Shown: positions 61,319 to 64,000 of the stretch, piece by piece
Position numbering within the stretch: the stretch's first letter is position 1
Layout: every line of letters begins with the position of its first letter
Assembly: GCF_036321535.1 (NCBI RefSeq)
Contig: NC_087436.1
Span: 121,706,001 to 121,770,000 of the forward strand
Source of the DNA: Camelus dromedarius
Taxonomy: Eukaryota
Reading direction: 5' to 3'
Length of the DNA stretch: 64,000 nucleotides
Notes under the pieces: model-generated
Seen by the model: the letters and a program-made list of their open reading frames with translations, nothing else
What the model was told of the DNA's origin: nothing
Databases searched by the model: none
Made by a program: the position numbers and the translations under genes

Positions 61319-62990
61319 AAGAACGACGGTGCAATTTCAGGAGATGTTTACCTCGCGTAATAGGTTAGGACAGGAGAGAGGACAGGCAGCAGAAATATTT
61401 GAAGTAGTAACAGCCGATAACTTTCCAAAACTAACGACAGACACCAAAGTACAGATTCAGGAGGCCTGGAGAACACCAAACAGAACAGAGAGCCCCAAAC
61501 CTACCCCAGGCATGCCACACTCCAGCTGCAGAAACCCAAAGACAAAAGAATCCTTGGAAGCAGCAGAGGGCGGGAGGACGGGAGAGCAACCCCTGTGCCT
61601 ACAGAGCAAGGAACACAGAGCACAGCTCATCCAAAACCATGCAAGCAAGAAAAGAGTGGAATTAACTATGCTTTAAGTGGGGAAAGAAAAAACCCCACCA
61701 ACCTAGAATTCTGTATCCAGTGAAATCATCCTTCAAAAGTGAAGGAGAAGCCAAGACCTCCTCAGACAGACGAAGACTGAGGGAGTGCGCCTCCAGCAGG
61801 CCTGCCCTGCAAGAAACAACGGAGGACTTTCTCCAGGCAGAAGGAAAATGACGTAGGTCAGACGCGTGGATCCACATGAAGACAGGGAGAGCAACGGAGA
61901 AGGGACAAGCACAAGTGAAAGGGAGTCTCTTCCTCTTCTCATCACTAATTGATCTGAAACGTAACTGTTTAATGTAGTAACAGCAACGTACCGGGTGATT
62001 AACATTCAGATAAATGAGGATCATGACGGCACTGTCACGGGGGTGGGAGGGAGGGACTGGGGACAATCGGTTAAAAAGCACCTACACTGCACATGACGTC
62101 GAATGGTGGTATCTGGAGGATTTAGGTCAGTTAAAATGTATATTCTAATACAACTGCTAAAATTAAACAAAAAAAGGTACAACTGATATGCTGAGGAAGG
62201 AGAAAAAATGGAGTCAGAAGACGTTCAATTAAAAGCAGAGAAGGCAGAAAAATAAGCCTTTGGTAATGAATAGGAAACAGTTACAAACACTTTAAACGTC
62301 AACGGTCTAAACATACCAATGAAAATACAGAGATTATCACAGTATATTAAAAAGCAAGACCCATTCCATCTGTCTACAAGAAACCTACAAAATACAAAGC
62401 TCTCTTTAAGTTAAAAGTAAGAGAATGCAGAAGATATACCATGTAACACTAATCAAAAGCTGGAGCAGCCACACCAACTTCAGACAGATCCGACTTCAGA
62501 GCAAGGAAATTATCAAGGATAAGAGGGGTGTTGACAATGAAAGGGTCAATTCCCTAAGAACATGCAGCAATTCTCAACACGTAAGCATCTAGCAAAAGAG
62601 CATCAAACCACGTGGGGGAAAAGCTAATAGAACTTCAAGGAGAGATGTCGCAGTTGGTGTCGTCCACTTCCCTCTGTCAGGAATAAACAGGCCCGGCAGG
62701 CAGAGGTCAGCAGGGACACAACCGAACCCAGAGGCACCACCTATCAACTCACGTAACGGACAGCTACAGGCTACTTCACCCCAGACCAGCAGCCGCGCAT
62801 TCCTCTTAAGGAACACGGAACATTCACCAAGAGAGACCACATTTGGGGCCATAGAGCACACGTTTACAAATTCAGAACAACAGAAATCATACAGTGTCTG
62901 CTCTCAGACCACAATGGAATTAAAGTAGAAATCAGTAACAGAAAGATAGCCAGGGAATTCTCAAACATTTGGGAATTAAATTCCCTGTCA
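60640..62990 (+). mobile_element. Old L1M relic (ORF1 and start of ORF2 EN)
   Basis: ORF1-like EIFEVVTADNFPKLTTDTKVQIQEAWRTPNR (61329..61676) and acctagaattctgtatccagtgaaatcatccttcaaaagtgaaggag; EN region near 62300-62950. Confidence 0.85.
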
Positions 62991-64000
62991 TTTACAGTTT
63001 CTTCCTCTAGTATTTCATCACTGTTATTTGCCTCCTGCAACTACTTCCAACTTTCAAATAACATACCTCAACGTATGAATTAAACACATCATCGGCACGA
63101 AGACCACTCTGAAAACAGAAACAGTCTTCAAGTTTTCCTAATTTCAAGAAAGTAAAATTTTCACAGTACTCATTCCAAGCATTTTAGGTACGACTATTTG
63201 CCCACGGTGGCAGAAGCATGAATGGAAAGAATCCCTACTGAAGCGACATGAAGTCTTGGAGGTGACAGCAGCTGCCATTTCACCAGAGCAGGAAATCCTA
63301 AGGGCCCGAGGACGCGGAAACAGAAGCAGGCGAGAAGCGCCCGGACAGGCGGGCGCGCGGCGCCGCAGCGGAAGGCGAGCGCGTGTCCTCCCAGCGCAGC
63401 TCGCTCCTCCGGAGAAGGAGCCCCTGCCGCCCCGGCGCTTCGCTGCAGTCGCGGCCTCGTGTTCAACTCAGTCAAACTAACTCGGATGACACAGACACGC
63501 TCGGCAAAGCCCGGTTAAGTGACGATGCAAGACTGCTAGAGAAACAAACATTTTTACACCAGGCACAAATAAAGTACTTTATCAAACATATCTCATTTTT
63601 CCAAATAAAAATGGCACCCAGCTAGTGTACATGAAGTGCGTCAGTGAACAATCTTGACGTTAACGGTAAAGTGGTTGAAATACAGCTTAACAGCTTGTCC
63701 TCTGGAGTTGCCCCTTCATCCATGAACCGTTCACATCTACTTACTGGACCAGAGTTCAGCAGGTGTCACAAAAACAGCCTTCACCCCAGGTGACGCCCTT
63801 CTCCTCTACCCCCACAGACCACTTACAACGTCCTGAGAAAAGGCCGAAAGTCATAGGGAAACATCAGCTGTCCTGAGGGTGTCCCAAAGGCCTTTGGGAA
63901 TAGTCAATTTCACTTCTTCACGTGAAGGTTTTTAGGAACTAATTCTTAAACAGCTTCTACCAGCTAGAAAGTATAAGAGAACATTCTATACTCCTTTCTC

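Noticed and set aside
63194-63475. 93-aa minus-strand ORF over the intronic CpG patch
   Set aside because: No ATG start (the M is an alternative codon), no recognisable homology and no splice support.
55869-64000. Further upstream FAM193A exons (e.g. the CECHVCKQE / HLYPHIH exon)
   Set aside because: I could not find them on the minus strand here; they presumably lie beyond the window.

Overview
This is mammalian genomic DNA, not prokaryotic. It holds the TNIP2-FAM193A tail-to-tail gene pair, the same arrangement as human 4p16.3. On the + strand are TNIP2 (ABIN-2) coding exons 2-6; exon 1 lies just upstream of base 1, whose first ~400 bp are a CpG-island flank. On the - strand are the last 8 coding exons of FAM193A (730 codons plus stop); its earlier exons lie beyond base 64000. 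I confirmed the GT-AG boundaries and phases by hand. The rest is intron or intergenic DNA rich in L1, L2, MIR, MLT1 and MER33 relics. I saw no Alu, Bov-A/tA, PRE1 or CHR2 SINEs, and the young L1 3' end looks camelid-like, so a camel/alpaca-type species is a tentative guess. Runs of N fall only inside L1 copies. I found no evidence for a novel multi-gene system. The most striking undescribed-looking structure is a ~6.5 kb near-full-length antisense L1 inserted into the polypyrimidine tract of TNIP2 exon 3, 6 nt from the exon. Its target-site duplication copies the tract. The apparent original branch point is stranded 6.5 kb upstream, next to a new AG in the L1 tail (a candidate poison exon), and the L1 5' terminus supplies a replacement branch-point motif. 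All functional consequences are inference.
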